From Veleropilina oligotropha (Eukaryota), in contig JBEUKZ010000071.1 in NCBI GenBank assembly GCA_048128005.1, positions 310,001 through 374,000 of the forward strand: DNA of 64,000 bases, written 5' to 3'. Shown one piece after another: positions 32,201 through 44,721 of the stretch (positions are counted from its first letter, which is position 1; the number at the start of each line of letters is the position of its first letter). The notes below the pieces were generated by a model. It ran no database searches. It was not told where the DNA came from and worked only from the letters and a program-made list of their open reading frames with translations. Both the position numbers and the translations under genes were made by a program.

Positions 32201-33160
32201 ACCTCAAATGCAAGTCCAAAGCATCGTTTCTTTATACACAACCTGCCTGCTAAATAAGAAACAGTAGTAACAAATCACAATCAAATTTCTGAAAAATTCT
32301 ATTTTTAGCAACAGTCCATGTGACCTTTGACCGGTTGACATCGAGCGCAATTCCAAGCATCCTTTCCTCATAGACAAACTGCCTGCTAAATATGACCAAC
32401 ATTGCTAAATATGAACGGTAGTTATGAACAGGAAAGCAAATCGCAATCAAAATTCTATTTTTAGCAACAGGTCATGTGACCTTTAAGCGATTGACCTGAA
32501 ATGCAATTCCAAGGGTCTTATCCTGATAGGCAACCTGCCTGGTAAATATGAACATGTTCGCTAAGTATGAACAGTAGTTATCGTCCGGAAAGCAAATCGC
32601 AATCGAAAATTTAGGAAATTTTATTTTTAGCCACAGGTCATGTGACCTTTGGCGCACCAACCTAAAAAGCAATTCCAAGCGACCTCTCCTCATAAGCAAC
32701 CTGTGTACCAAATATGAACAAAATCTCTTAAAGGGAACGGTAGTTATCGTCCGGAAACCAAATCGGAGCCAAAATTCTATTTTTAGTAACAGATCACATG
32801 ACCTTTGGCGCACCGACCTGAAAAGCAATCCCAAGCGACCTCTCCTCATAAGCAACCAAATATGAACAAAATCTCAGAAAGGGGACGGTAGTTATCGTCC
32901 GGAAACCAAAGCGTGACAGACAGACGGACGGACGGCAAGTCTCCCCACAGGGTAGAGGATACATAATTACGATAATGCCAGCAATGCTTAAATTGCCTTT
33001 ATTTACTCCATCTATTACCTATTCCCGATCCCCTCCGACTGCGGTGCGCGCGAGTGGTTGCCGGCGACGCATCAGGTGAACTGTCCTCGCCGGTTGATGA
33101 ATATTTTCGGAGGATTATGGGCGGCTTATCACGCTGATCCACTGATTTTTCGGATGTCAT
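23260..33160 (-). CDS. TBC1D20: TBC1 domain family member 20 (Rab GAP), 7 coding exons; 3' exons not found in the window
   Basis: Exons 33019-33160, 29188-29367, 26165-26245, 25912-26006, 25507-25598, 24035-24136, 23260-23401, all GT-AG and phase-compatible; peptides EIRRIAWPKLL, DYNQVVMDVNRSLKRFPPG, LHYYQGYHDICVTFLLV, DFMD, IFCLSWLITWYGH, DFFIACHPLMPIYLAAA. Confidence 0.92.
24176..24472. repeat. 22/25-bp minisatellite (atatatggcatggctggttgcc), intronic
   Basis: About 13 direct copies. Confidence 0.95.
25059..25323 (-). mobile_element. tRNA-derived SINE with target-site duplication
   Basis: Reverse complement of the 47284-47539 copy; aatcgagggtgag on both sides. Confidence 0.8.
27393..28070 (+). 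mobile_element. Helentron/HINE-like non-autonomous repeat
   Basis: Starts acaagaaccacggtccgatatgtctcgcc, internal tandem units, ends in hairpin gtctcgctttcctacggggcgagacaaaa; second copy at 29850-31068. Confidence 0.6.
29850..31068 (+). mobile_element. Helentron/HINE-like repeat, longer copy with ~115-bp internal tandem units
   Basis: Same termini as 27393-28070; repeated agagtatcaggtgacatccatacaaccaataacaaagc units. Confidence 0.6.
31214..31455 (-). mobile_element. LINE ORF2 C-terminal fragment
   Basis: MYRI..QLVDI...TRGH...YSFP.TI.DW..L, typical of the end of non-LTR RT proteins. Confidence 0.6.
32140..32965 (+). mobile_element. HINE/MITE-like dispersed repeat with tandem catgtgaccttt units and (GACA/GACG)n
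   Basis: aacaggaatgtctcccc start, repeated gtcatgtgaccttt units, gacagacagacggacggac near the end. Confidence 0.5.
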
Positions 33161-34375
33161 ATCATTATTACGGCAAATACTTACACACAACTTAGCAATA
33201 AAATATATACTGCAAAATGTTCATAACGCTACATCTAAAACTCTTATAAATTAACAAATGATTAAAATTACAATATGTTGACACTCAGAGCACTGAGCAG
33301 ACAACATTTCGCCATGTTTACAAAGCATTATGGGAGTTAATTATTATTTTTCGAAATTATTTAGAATGCGTTATGGTCTTATTTAAATACAGTTTAGTTT
33401 TAAATATATCATCGTTCAATCAAATATCCATATTATTCTCATTTGTTAATTAGCTTACGTCAAACAACGTCGACCGATAATTTCACGTTGAGAGAATCAG
33501 AGGTTGTTTTAATATTGTGAGTGCTTGTTTTGTAGGTATGTTGTTAATTATTGGGGATGGTTCGATATCAATTTAGAAATAATCTACCTCAAAGATTCAC
33601 GCATGTGCTCCCAGTACTCAGTAACTGTGCACTTATGTAGTTAAATGCGTTCTGAAAATGTGTCGTCCTCATCGTGGGAAGATAACTCTGCATGGAAATA
33701 TTTATACATTGTCTTGCAAACCAATTTAATCCACGAACTTTACGTAATATATTACTTTATTAGCATTTTAATTCCGTATTTAAATTAATATACAATGTAA
33801 CATGATTGATAGCCATGAATATATACAATAAAGTCACCATTATTGATTTTTAAAAATTCAGTTGAGTTTGTTCCAAAATTTGGGGATTAAACTAAAGAAT
33901 TATCATCTTCAGTCGGGTTGAGTCTTGATGTACATTACATACCCTACTCTACCTCATGGACTATACGCAGAGTGGCAAACTCTAACATTGTTGCAGTACA
34001 TCCATGTTAAAATGAACAACATTTCAGCTACTCCAACAACGTTACAGCTTGATACTCGGATATATGTAAGGCATGTCAACCTGGACTCGTACATTTCAGC
34101 ATGCTCACCTGACAAAGTGTATTGGGTTCATCATCTACCAAATGTTATAGAAATGATGTAATAATCAAATCTACTAGTTGTGGTGTAGTGGAGTTTGTCC
34201 AATAGCACTTAATTTTAAGCCTTTTACAAATCGAATAGCATGTGTGTTGTTCAGCAGCATGTTTTTGTCAAATTGTCTATATTAAGTAATTTAATGAAAA
34301 TTTAATGTTCTGTTTTGCTGTACCGACAGTACCTAATATCGTTATATTTTCTTTAGAGTGTGAAAGAAACTCAGA

Positions 34376-34879
34376 ATGGCGACAAGGGCAAAGAAACATA
34401 AATGGATGATAGACTTTACCACAAAGTCAAAAGGTGAACGCCAGGTCAGCCTTCCATCGCCAGTTGGATTCTGTGACGTTTCGACTGCAGTGGACCGCGT
34501 ACGAGACACTGACTCAGTTCTAATAGTCAAGAAGTCCTGGGACATCGCCCTGGGGCCCATCAAGCAGGTGCCCATGAACGTGTTCATCATGTGGATGGCG
34601 GGGAGCTCCATCTCCATCTTCCCCATCATGATGGTGGGGATGATGTTCTTCAGGCCCATCCAGGCCCTTATAGGGATCCAGAACACCTTCAACATGATAG
34701 AGGGAGGACAGGCGCCCATACAGAAATTGACGTATCTCGTCGGAAACCTAGTATGTTTAGGTCTTGCAGTGTACAAGTGCCAGGTGATGGGACTGTTGCC
34801 CTCGCACGCATCGGATTGGCTGGCGTTCGTGGAACCACAGCAGAGAATGGAGTGGTCTGGTGGCGGTATATTGATGTAG
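34376..34879 (+). CDS. EMC4: ER membrane protein complex subunit 4 (TMEM85), intronless CDS
   Basis: KKSWDIALGPIKQVPMNVFIMWMAGSSISIFPIMMVGMM..RPIQAL and LAVYKCQVMGLLPSHASDWLAF are EMC4 signatures; acceptor ttttctttag just upstream suggests a 5' UTR intron. Confidence 0.95.
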   Translation: MATRAKKHKWMIDFTTKSKGERQVSLPSPVGFCDVSTAVDRVRDTDSVLIVKKSWDIALGPIKQVPMNVFIMWMAGSSISIFPIMMVGMMFFRPIQALIGIQNTFNMIEGGQAPIQKLTYLVGNLVCLGLAVYKCQVMGLLPSHASDWLAFVEPQQRMEWSGGGILM

Positions 34880-35119
34880 CTCATCTCGAGGAAATACAAC
34901 ATAACCAGTGAAGAAATAATTAATTATTAATTGTACAATAAATTAATACTTGTCTGTCATGTGTAATAGTTTCATTTTCATTTAGTTATCATCTTGAAAT
35001 TGATTTTAGAAGTAATATTTACGTGCTACAAAATAGCACACAGATAGATGTTATTATTTGTATATGATTCTTGAAAATTTGCATTTAATTTCATGTGAAT
35101 CAAGATATTAGGTGCTTTT

Positions 35120-35960
35120 TATCCCCCTGGTTACCATCGGGGGATCTTGCAATTGCCCAGTCTGTCTGTCCATCTGTATGTAATCGATGTCGTTTCCAGA
35201 CCATATCTCTTACGATACTTGCAGGGTGTATTAACTAGTCAGTGAACTGGTGCCTTTTGCCAGATTTGACGTTGAGCGGTGATTATTAAAAGAGTTACTG
35301 CCCTTGTTGTAAATTCTCTAATGTTATCTCTTCCTGACCGTATCTCATACACTACTCAACATAACTTTACGATACTTGCAGGGTGTATTAAGTAGTCGGT
35401 GAACTAGTGCCTTTTGCCAGTTTCGACATTGAGCGGCGATTATTAACAGAGTTACTGCCCTTGTTGTAAATTCGCTGTTATCTTTTCCGGACCGTATCTC
35501 GTACACCGCTCAACAAAACTTTACGATACTTGCAGGGTGTATTAAGTAGTCGGTGAACTGGTGCCTTTCGCCACTTTTGACGTCCATCGCCGATGATTAA
35601 CAGAGTTCCTGCCCTTGTTGTAAATTCGCTAATGTTATCTTTTCCGGACCGTATCTCATACATTAAGTAGTTGGTGAATTGGTGCCTTTTGCGAATTGTA
35701 ACACTGTGCAGGGATTAATAACAGAGTTATTGCCCTTGTAAATTTGTTAATGTTCTCTTGTCAGGGGGATATCTGATAAACCGATTGGCATATCTTGATG
35801 AAATTTAGTGGATATATTCAGTAGTCGGTGAACTGGTGCCTTTTGCTAATTTTCGACGTTGTGTGGCGATTCATAACAGAGTTAATGCCCTTGTTGTAAA
35901 TTCGTTAATGTTTCCTTTGAAATTAACCATTGCGGGGGATATTGATGACTCTGTCTTCTT
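35120..35960 (-). repeat. Dispersed repeat with ~145-bp internal tandem units (HINE-like)
   Basis: Repeated cgatacttgcagggtgtattaagtagtcggtgaactggtgcc...agagttactgcccttgttgtaaattc units. Confidence 0.55.
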
Positions 35961-37285
35961 GCTTACACTTAAAAGCAGCCCTGGATGTAGTGTTAAAATT
36001 AACGTTTAACCGGGGGGATACGTCTTCTTCTGATGACTCTTGTTTAAATGAGTTAAACTTTTTCAGAGATGTCACAGTTGCTCACATGGTTTTAAGCCAT
36101 AAAGACAGTATATCTATCATTCAGCAGTCCAGTTAAATGTTCATGTGGTTACAAGCATCTAAGCCTTATATAATTATTAAGTATTCATCTTTGAATGTTC
36201 ACCGCTCTAACCTGTGATCAATGGAACATCAATCGTGATAATAGTTGAACTTAGTAGTAGTTTGGTGTAAATCGATGCTAGTACAAGTTCTGTGTATTTA
36301 CAACATCAGGTTCTTATCGGGACATGATAATAATAATAATGCGGTCTTATAATATAGCGCGTACTTATGCCAATGTCACGGGGTGTAGCGCCATGACTTA
36401 CATAACCAGGTACCCATTCAGATCGGCTGGGTGGACCGAGGCAAATATACGCTTATTTCCTTGCCCAAGTGAAATCGCCGAGCTTTGGGGGCGAACCCGG
36501 GACTCTGAGTCTTGTGAACAACCCACTGAGCCACGATGGTACATATTCTATATGTCCATATTATCGAGAGAGAAATCTCGATTGCCCGGGAAAACCTGCC
36601 AGTTTGGATAACTGTGATTGGTAACTGAAAAAAGAGCCCCAACCGAGGTTCGAGCCCACACCCATTTTACAGAGCAGTGAATTCGGTGTCCGGGGTCAGA
36701 ATTGTTGGGATTTCAAGTCATTGTGTGATTCTAGAAACACTATTCACAAATGGTTAGCACGTCTGGTACTCAAGACATGACGCTGTTAGGTGGACCCGAG
36801 TTCCGAGTCCATTCGATAGCTCATACTATCACTTAAAATAATAGATCATGATGATATATATTGAAAATGGTAAAAAGTGGTCGTTATGTTACCAGTCAAC
36901 TCTACTCATGGATTCATCCTTGGACCATGGCTCATATCACTTCCTTACAATGTTGGAGTCCACATAACATGAAACATGACATTTTCAAACAGCGTTTGAG
37001 TTCATATGGATCATGTCACTTTCAAACATTGTTTGAGTCCACATGAAGCATGTCACTTTCAATATATTGAGTCTACATGAAGCATTTCATTTTCAAAACA
37101 TTATTTGAGTCCACAAAAAGCATGTCACTTTCAAATAGTGTTTGGACTATCATGAAGCATGATATAATCATTATTCTGACAAGTGAGAGAATTTTGCGTG
37201 TATTGATTGTTCTATTTAAACAAATTGAGTGAGATGAGGTAATCCTGGGTCATTCCGATAAAAAACCTAGCTGGCCCAGTCAGTT

Positions 37286-38260
37286 ATAGGTATGTGGCTA
37301 GAAAATAGAAAACAGAGGATTGTAATAAATGGGATTAAGTCAGTGGGAACCGGCATTAAGTGGAGTACCACAAGGTTCTGTTTTGGGCCCATTGTTGTTT
37401 CTCATATATTTAAATGACATTGATGACGTCATTACATCTCTAGTGAAAAAGTTCGCTGACGATACCAAATTGTATAGAATTATCGAAACTGAAGAAGATG
37501 CCAACAAACTTCAAAGTGACTTAAATAATATGGTAAAATGGTCCGAGGATTGGCAAATGCTTTTTAACGCCAGTAAATGTCAAGTAATGCAAGTTGGTTA
37601 TAACAACAGTACCTATAATTATGAAATGGGTTCGGAAACTTTAGAAGTAGTGGCAAAAGAAAAGGGTGTATGGGTAGTCAAGACATTCAAACCATCAAAT
37701 CAATGTGCAGAATCAGCCAAAAAGTGAAATCAAATATTGGGAATGATTAAGAGAAACTAAATCCAAAGCCATCATAACACGCTTATACAGTACAAGCAAA
37801 TGGTTAGGCCACATTTAGAATATGCAGAGCAAGCATGGTGTCCATATCTTGCAAAGGATATCAAAATTCTAGAGCAAGTCCAAAGAAGAGCCACAAAATT
37901 GATAGGCGAGTTGAGAGAATTACCATATGAGGACAAACTAAAAGCACTCAACCTCACAACATTATCTTTGAGAAGGATAAGGGGTGATATGATTCAGGTG
38001 TTTAAAATGTTTACAGGAAAAGACAACGTTGACAATAGTTTCTTTTTTCAGATGAATCGAAGACATACCAGGGGGCATCGTTTCAAGATTTACAAAAAAC
38101 GATTCCGACGACGTTAGAAAACACTTTCTCAAATCGGGTTGTCAATGAATGGACTAATCTTCCAAATAATGTAGTGTAATCGACGTCTGTAAACCAATTT
38201 AAAAATCGCATAGATGAGAATTGCAAGAAACGGCAGGTTATAGATGACAAGATTACTACA
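37286..38260 (+). mobile_element. CR1-like LINE, 5'-truncated, decayed RT
   Basis: SGVPQGSVLGPLLFLIYLND, KFADDTK, WQMLFN, VRPHLEY..QAWCPY, RRIRGDMI, TRGH; stops and frameshifts. Confidence 0.9.
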
Positions 38261-38693
38261 ATGCGTTTTTATACGAGTGGCAGTAATGCGCTTTCTAAAC
38301 CCAAACAAATTATATTTCAATCTTTTTATGATTAACTGTGACTGTTAGCTCCTCTCAGGACAGTGATTCCTTCCTGTTACAGCGAAGCAACATCAGTTTA
38401 TCCCAGTGAAATGTGATCAACACCTTGCTCACTCGGCCACCGTAGCGCCTCCACTTGCAAGATATATTATTTAACTTCTTTTGAATATCCACATTGTCTT
38501 TATATCAATATTGGAAGAAGTCGTCTGAGGTTGAACAACATGTCACTTGTGTGCGATGTCAAAGTCATCTTGGTAATCATGAAATGCATCCATGAGCATT
38601 GTACAGAATGCCACACTGAAGATAACGCTATTCTTGTTTCATCACCTGGCCCGAGCAAGAGTGTTCAAAAGTCTCAGAATACAATGGATGAAC

Positions 38694-40275
38694 GATGAAG
38701 ACTGTACAACACTAGTTGAAACAGAAGACCTCCTTGATAAAGACTGTACAACACTAGTTGAAACAGAAGACATCCTTGATGAAGACTGTACAGCACTAGT
38801 TGAAACAGAAGACCTCCTTGATGAAGACGGTACAACACTAGTTGAAACAGAAGACCTCCTTGATGAAGACTGTACAACACTAGTTGAAACAGAAGACCTC
38901 CTTGATGAAGACTGTACAACACGAGTTGAAACAGAAGACATCCTTGATGAAGACTACAACACTAGTTGAAACAGAAGACCTCCTTGATGACGACTGTACA
39001 ACACTAGTTGAAACAGAAGACCTCCTTGATGAAGACTACAACACAATTGAAACAGAAGATCTCCTTGATGAAGACTGTACAACACTAGTTGAAACAGAAG
39101 ACCTCCTTGATGAAGACTGTACAACACGAGTTGAAACAGAAGACCTCCTTGATGAAGACTGTACAACACTAGTTGAAACAGAAGACCTCCTTGATGAAAC
39201 CTGTACAACACTAGTTGAAACAGAAGACATCCTTGATGAAGACTGTACAGCACGAGTTGTAACAGAAGACCTCCTTGATGAAGACTGTACAACACGAGTT
39301 GAAACAGAAGACATCCTTGATGAAGACTACAACACTAGTTGAAACAGAAGACCTCCTTGATGAAGACTGTACAACACGAGTTGAAACAGAAGACCTCCTT
39401 GATGAAGACTGTACAACACGAGTTGAAACAGAAGACCTCCTTGATGAAGACTGTACAACATGAGTTGAAACAGAAGACCTCCTTGATGAAGACTGTACAA
39501 CACTAGTTGAAACAGAAGACCTCCTTGATGAAGACTGTACAACACGAGTTGAAACAGAAGACCTCTTTGATGAAGACTGTACAACACGATTTGGAACATA
39601 AGACATCCTTGATAAAGACTGTACAACACTAGTTGAAGCAGAAGACCTCCGTGATGAACACTGTACAACACTAGTTGAAACAGAAGACCTCCTTGATGAA
39701 GACTGTACAACACTAGTTGAAACAGAAGACCTCCTTGATGAAGACTTTACAACACGAGTTGAAACAGAAGACCTCCTTGATGAAGACTGTACAACACTAG
39801 TTGAAACAGAAGACCTCCTTGATGAAGACTGTACAACACTAGTTGAAACAGAAGACCTCCTTGAGGAAGACTACAACACTAGTTGAAACAGAAGACCTCC
39901 TTGATGAAGACTGTACAACACGAGTTGAAACAGAAGACCTCCTTGTGAAGACTGTACAACACGAGTTGAAACAGAAGACCTCCTTGATGAAGACTGTACA
40001 ACACTAGTTGAAACAGAAGACATCCTTGATGAAGACTGTACAGCACGAGTTGAAACAGAAGACCTCCTTGATGAAGACTGTACAACACGAGTTGAAACAG
40101 AAGACATCCTTGATGAAGACTGTACAACACTAGTTGAAACAGAAGACCTCCTTGATGAAGACTGTACAACACGAATTGAAACAGAAAACCTCATTGATGA
40201 AGACTGTACAACACGAGTTGAAACAGAAGACATCCTTGATGAAGACTGTACAACACGAGTTGAAACAGAAGACCT
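38694..40275. repeat. 42-bp minisatellite, ~37 copies
   Basis: Unit gatgaagactgtacaacactagttgaaacagaagacctcctt. Confidence 0.97.
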
Positions 40276-40768
40276 TGGAATGAATATGGTGAATCCTTAA
40301 TAAAAGTTATTCAAAGAAGCCACAACAGCATAACCACAAGATAATCCCTGTCTGGATCTGCAGTGTTCAAAATTGGAGCCAGAACCCCCTTTGAACGAAA
40401 TAGGAAGTCATCAAACAGTTAAATAAGGGAAATCTCACGGACTCTATAACATTCCGGGAACACGGGAGATTCTGGAACTACACCTATCACGAAAAATATG
40501 GAAATCAAGCGAGTGGCCATCAGACTGGAAGTTACAAGAATTTGTTATCCTACATAACAGTGGAAACATCAAAGACTGTAATAACTACAAGACCATCGTT
40601 CTTATAGGTAACGCCAGCAACAGCCTGCCCATCATAATTCTGAACAGATGAAAACCAAAAGTAGGGGAGCAGCTGTCAGACTCTCAAGATGGTTACTGGA
40701 CCAACAGGAGCCACTGATATGCATTTATTTTGCAAATACTACCAGATTTAGAAAACAAGAAATAGTGA

Positions 40769-41560
40769 GCAAGAAGCCTACACCACTAGGCAAAGCAAGA
40801 AGCCTACACCACTACGGCAAAGCAGGAAGCCTACACCACTACGGCAAAGCAAGAAGCCTACACCACTAGGCAAAACAAGAAGCCTACACCACTAGGCAAA
40901 GCAAGAAGCCTACACCACTAGGCAAAGCAAGAAGGCTACACCACTAGGCAAAGCAAGAAGCCTACACCACTAAGCCTACACCACTACGGCAAAGCAAGAA
41001 GCCTACACCACTACGGCAAAGCAGGAAGCCTACACCACTACGGCAAAGCAAGAAGCATACACCACTACGGAAAGCAGGAAGCATACACCACTAGGCAAAG
41101 CAGGAAGCCTACAACACTAGGCAAAGCAAGAAGCCTACACCACTAGGCAAAGCAAGAAGCCTACACCACTACGGCAAAGCAAGAAGCCTACACCACTACG
41201 GCAAGAAGCCTACACCACTACGGCAAGAAGCCTACACCACTACGGCAAAGCAAGAAGCCTACACCACCACGGCAAAGCAAGAAGCCTACAACACCACGGC
41301 AAAGCAAGAAGCCTACACCACCACGGCAAAGCAAGAAGCCTACACCACTACGGCAAGAAGCCTACACCACTACGGCAAAGCAAGAAGCCTACACCACCAC
41401 GGCAAAGCAAGAAGCCTACAACACCACGGCAAAGCAAGAAGCCTACACCACCACGGCAAAGCAAGAAGCCAACACCACTACGGCAAAGCAAGAAGCCTAC
41501 ACCACTAGGCAAAGCAAGAAGCCTACACCACTACGGCAAAGCAAGAAGCCTACACCACTA
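40769..41560. repeat. 26/27-bp minisatellite, ~30 copies
   Basis: Unit gcaagaagcctacaccacta(c)ggcaaa. Confidence 0.97.
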
Positions 41561-42521
41561 TGTCAAAACTTTTTACAGTGTCGCACATCCTCATCTTTTT
41601 AACACCATGACGATTGCCCTCCTGCTTCCTACGCCTAAGATGAGCTTCCCGAAATACCCAATCTCTCTTATTGCCGTCTTTAAAAAACAATCAAATGAAC
41701 AGGCAGCACTGTGAATATTTCAACGTCAAGAAATGAGTACGGCAGATTATGAAAGAATCTGACGGCAGAAACATCATAACTTCACGCTATGCTGACGATA
41801 CTATGCTGATACCAGACAATATAACTAGCATTAAAAGAGTTCTGTACAGAGTAGATGCAGCGAACAAAAAGGCAGGCGCAAAAAGACGAAAGTTATGCAC
41901 AATGAGCGGATTGTCAAGAACATCAAGACATCCAAATCAACAAAACTCCTTTAGAAAATGTGTTGAAAGACGGGAATATTACAACAGCCCTCAAAATCAA
42001 GATCCTGAAGTGTTTGATGTGACCAATGATATTTTATGACTGCGAGACCTATAAAAGCAGATGATAATAGGATAAAAGCGGCAGACATCGTGATGTGGTT
42101 TTATAGAAGACTCCATAGCGCGAATGGATAGACAGAAGAATCAACGAAAGCTTTCTGAATTAACTCGCAACCACGCTTCAACTGTCTAGTTTCAGTGCCC
42201 GTGGATGATTATTTAGTAATTAACACCACATCAACCAGAAAACAAAATTCCAGGAACTTTAAAATCTTCACGTGCAAATCAGAACTTTTCCGGCAATCCT
42301 TCTTCCCTAAAACTGTGAAAGACTGGAACTCCCTCCCAGACACTATACTGTAACTTTGAACTCCCTCACAGAATTCAAATAAAACATGGGGAACATTTAG
42401 CCGCTCTTCAACACGGGATGTGATACTCAACTTGAGTTAATCCCGGCAACCAAACAGATACAGACAGAACTGATGGCAGCAATCGCCAAAAGGAAAGTGG
42501 AGTATATTGATCACGTATTCC

Positions 42522-44065
42522 GCAACACATACAAACGGTTAGCCGTATGACAACAGTCCTACAAGGCAACACATACAAACGGTTAGCCGTATGACAACAG
42601 TCCTACAAGGCAACACATACAAACGGTTAGCCGTATGACAACAGTCCTACAAGGCAACACATACAAACGGTTAGCCTTATGACAACAGTCCTACAAGGCA
42701 ACACATACAAACGGTTAGCCTTATGACAACAGTCCTACAAGGCAACACATACAAACGGTTAGCCGTATGACAACAGTCCTACAAGGCAACACATACAAAC
42801 GGTTAGCCGTATGACAACAGTCCTACAAGGCAACACATACAAACGGTTAGCCTTATGACAACAGTCCTACAAGGCAACACATACAAACGGTTAGCCGTAT
42901 GACAACAGTCCTACAAGGCAACACATACAAACGGTTAGCCTTATGACAACAGTCCTACAAGGCAACACATACAAACGGTTAGCCTTATGACAACAGTCCT
43001 ACAAGGCAACACATACAAACGGTTAGCCTTATGACAACAGTCCTACAAGGCAACACATACAAACGGTTAGCCGTATGACAACAGTCCTACAAGGCAACAC
43101 ATACAAACGGTTAGCCGTATGACAACAGTCCTACAAGGCAACACATACAAACGGTTAGCCTTATGACAACAGTCCTACAAGGCAACACATACAAACGGTT
43201 AGCCTTATGACAACAGTCCTACAAGGCAACACATACAAACGGTTAGCCTTATGACAACAGTCCTACAAGGCAACACATACAAACGGTTAGCCTTATGACA
43301 ACAGTCCTACAAGGCAACACATACAAACGGTTAGCCGTATGACAACAGTCCTACAAGGCAACACATACAAACGGTTAGCCGTATGACAACAGTCCTACAA
43401 GGCAACACATACAAACGGTTAGCCTTATGACAACAGTCCTACAAGGCAACACATACAAACGGTTAGCCGTATGACAACAGTCCTACAAGGCAACACATAC
43501 AAACGGTTAGCCTTATGACAACAGTCCTGCAAGGCAACACATACAAACGGTTAGCCGTATGACAACAGTCCTACAAGGCAACACATACAAACGGTTAGCC
43601 GTATGACAACAGTCCTACAAGGCAACACATACAAACGGTTAGCCGTATGACAACAGTCCTACAAGGCAACACATACAAACGGTTAGCCGTATGACAACAG
43701 TCCTACAAGGCAACACATACAAACGGTTAGCCTTATGACAACAGTCCTACAAGGCAACACATACAAACGGTTAGCCGTATGACAACAGTCCTGCAAGGCA
43801 ACACATACAAACGGTTAGCCTTATGACAACAGTCCTACAAGGCAACACATACAAACGGTTAGCCGTATGACAACAGTCCTGCAAGGCAACACATACAAAC
43901 GGTTAGCCTTATGACAACAGTCCTACAAGGCAACACGTACAAACGGTTAGCCTTATGACAACAGTCCTACAAGGCAACACATACAAACGGTTAGCATTAT
44001 GACAACAGTCCTACAAGGCAACACATACAAACGGTTAGCCTTATGACAACAGTCCTACAAGGCAA
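42522..44065. repeat. 44-bp minisatellite, ~35 copies
   Basis: Unit gcaacacatacaaacggttagcc(g/t)tatgacaacagtcctacaag. Confidence 0.97.
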
Positions 44066-44721
44066 ACCCGACGCCAAACGAAATCGACATACCACCAAAC
44101 TCATATTAATTATATGCACAACATCACCAAAATCAGCTGCCTGGAGATCCTTTAATTCACACAGAGAAGAATGATTGAGGATTGATGTGTCATCTACTTC
44201 GGCGGCTAACTTCGGAGGTGCTTATTTCATACTAACTCTGAGAGTCGGTGTGAATGTTGGCATATACTTCGGCGGCTAACATCGGAGGCGTTGATGCCGA
44301 CAGGTGACCTTATTTCATACTAACTTTGAGAGTCTGTGTGAATGTTGACATCAATATTGTTCTTGTGAAGAATGACACTTGGCGTATGATCGTCTCTAGC
44401 TTTGCATCAGGCGCGTCACCAACTCAGTCATATGGTGGTACAGACAGAAGGTATCCTAGCTCTCAGTGATGTTTGGGATTCAGAGCCTGGTATAGTGTCA
44501 ATATATTGCCATTCATATGATACCATATTATGTTAGGGACGGATGCAGAACTTTGAAAATGTGAGAGGACAACTGTTAGGAAATATCCTTTGGACTGTCC
44601 CGTTGGGGGCGGGGCCCCACGAGAAGAAAAATTGTGAGAACCCCCTCTCCTGTATTCTGACAGTGCGAACGCGAAAATTCTTACCTTTTTCACCAAATTG
44701 TGTGAGAATGTTTTCGCGAAG

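Larger units (their letters stand above)
38620..44170 (+). mobile_element. Highly decayed RTE-clade LINE interrupted by three minisatellites and another LINE fragment (~42230-42470)
   Basis: Remnants in order: DEDGTTLVETE..WNEYGESL, MWKSSEWPSDW, GNIKDCNNYKTI, Y.KTFYSVAH, GRNIITSRYADDT, TTVLQGKPDAKRNR. Confidence 0.7.

Noticed and set aside
34342..34911. ORFs 34342-34902 (-) and 34591-34911 (+)
   Set aside because: Alternative frames of EMC4.
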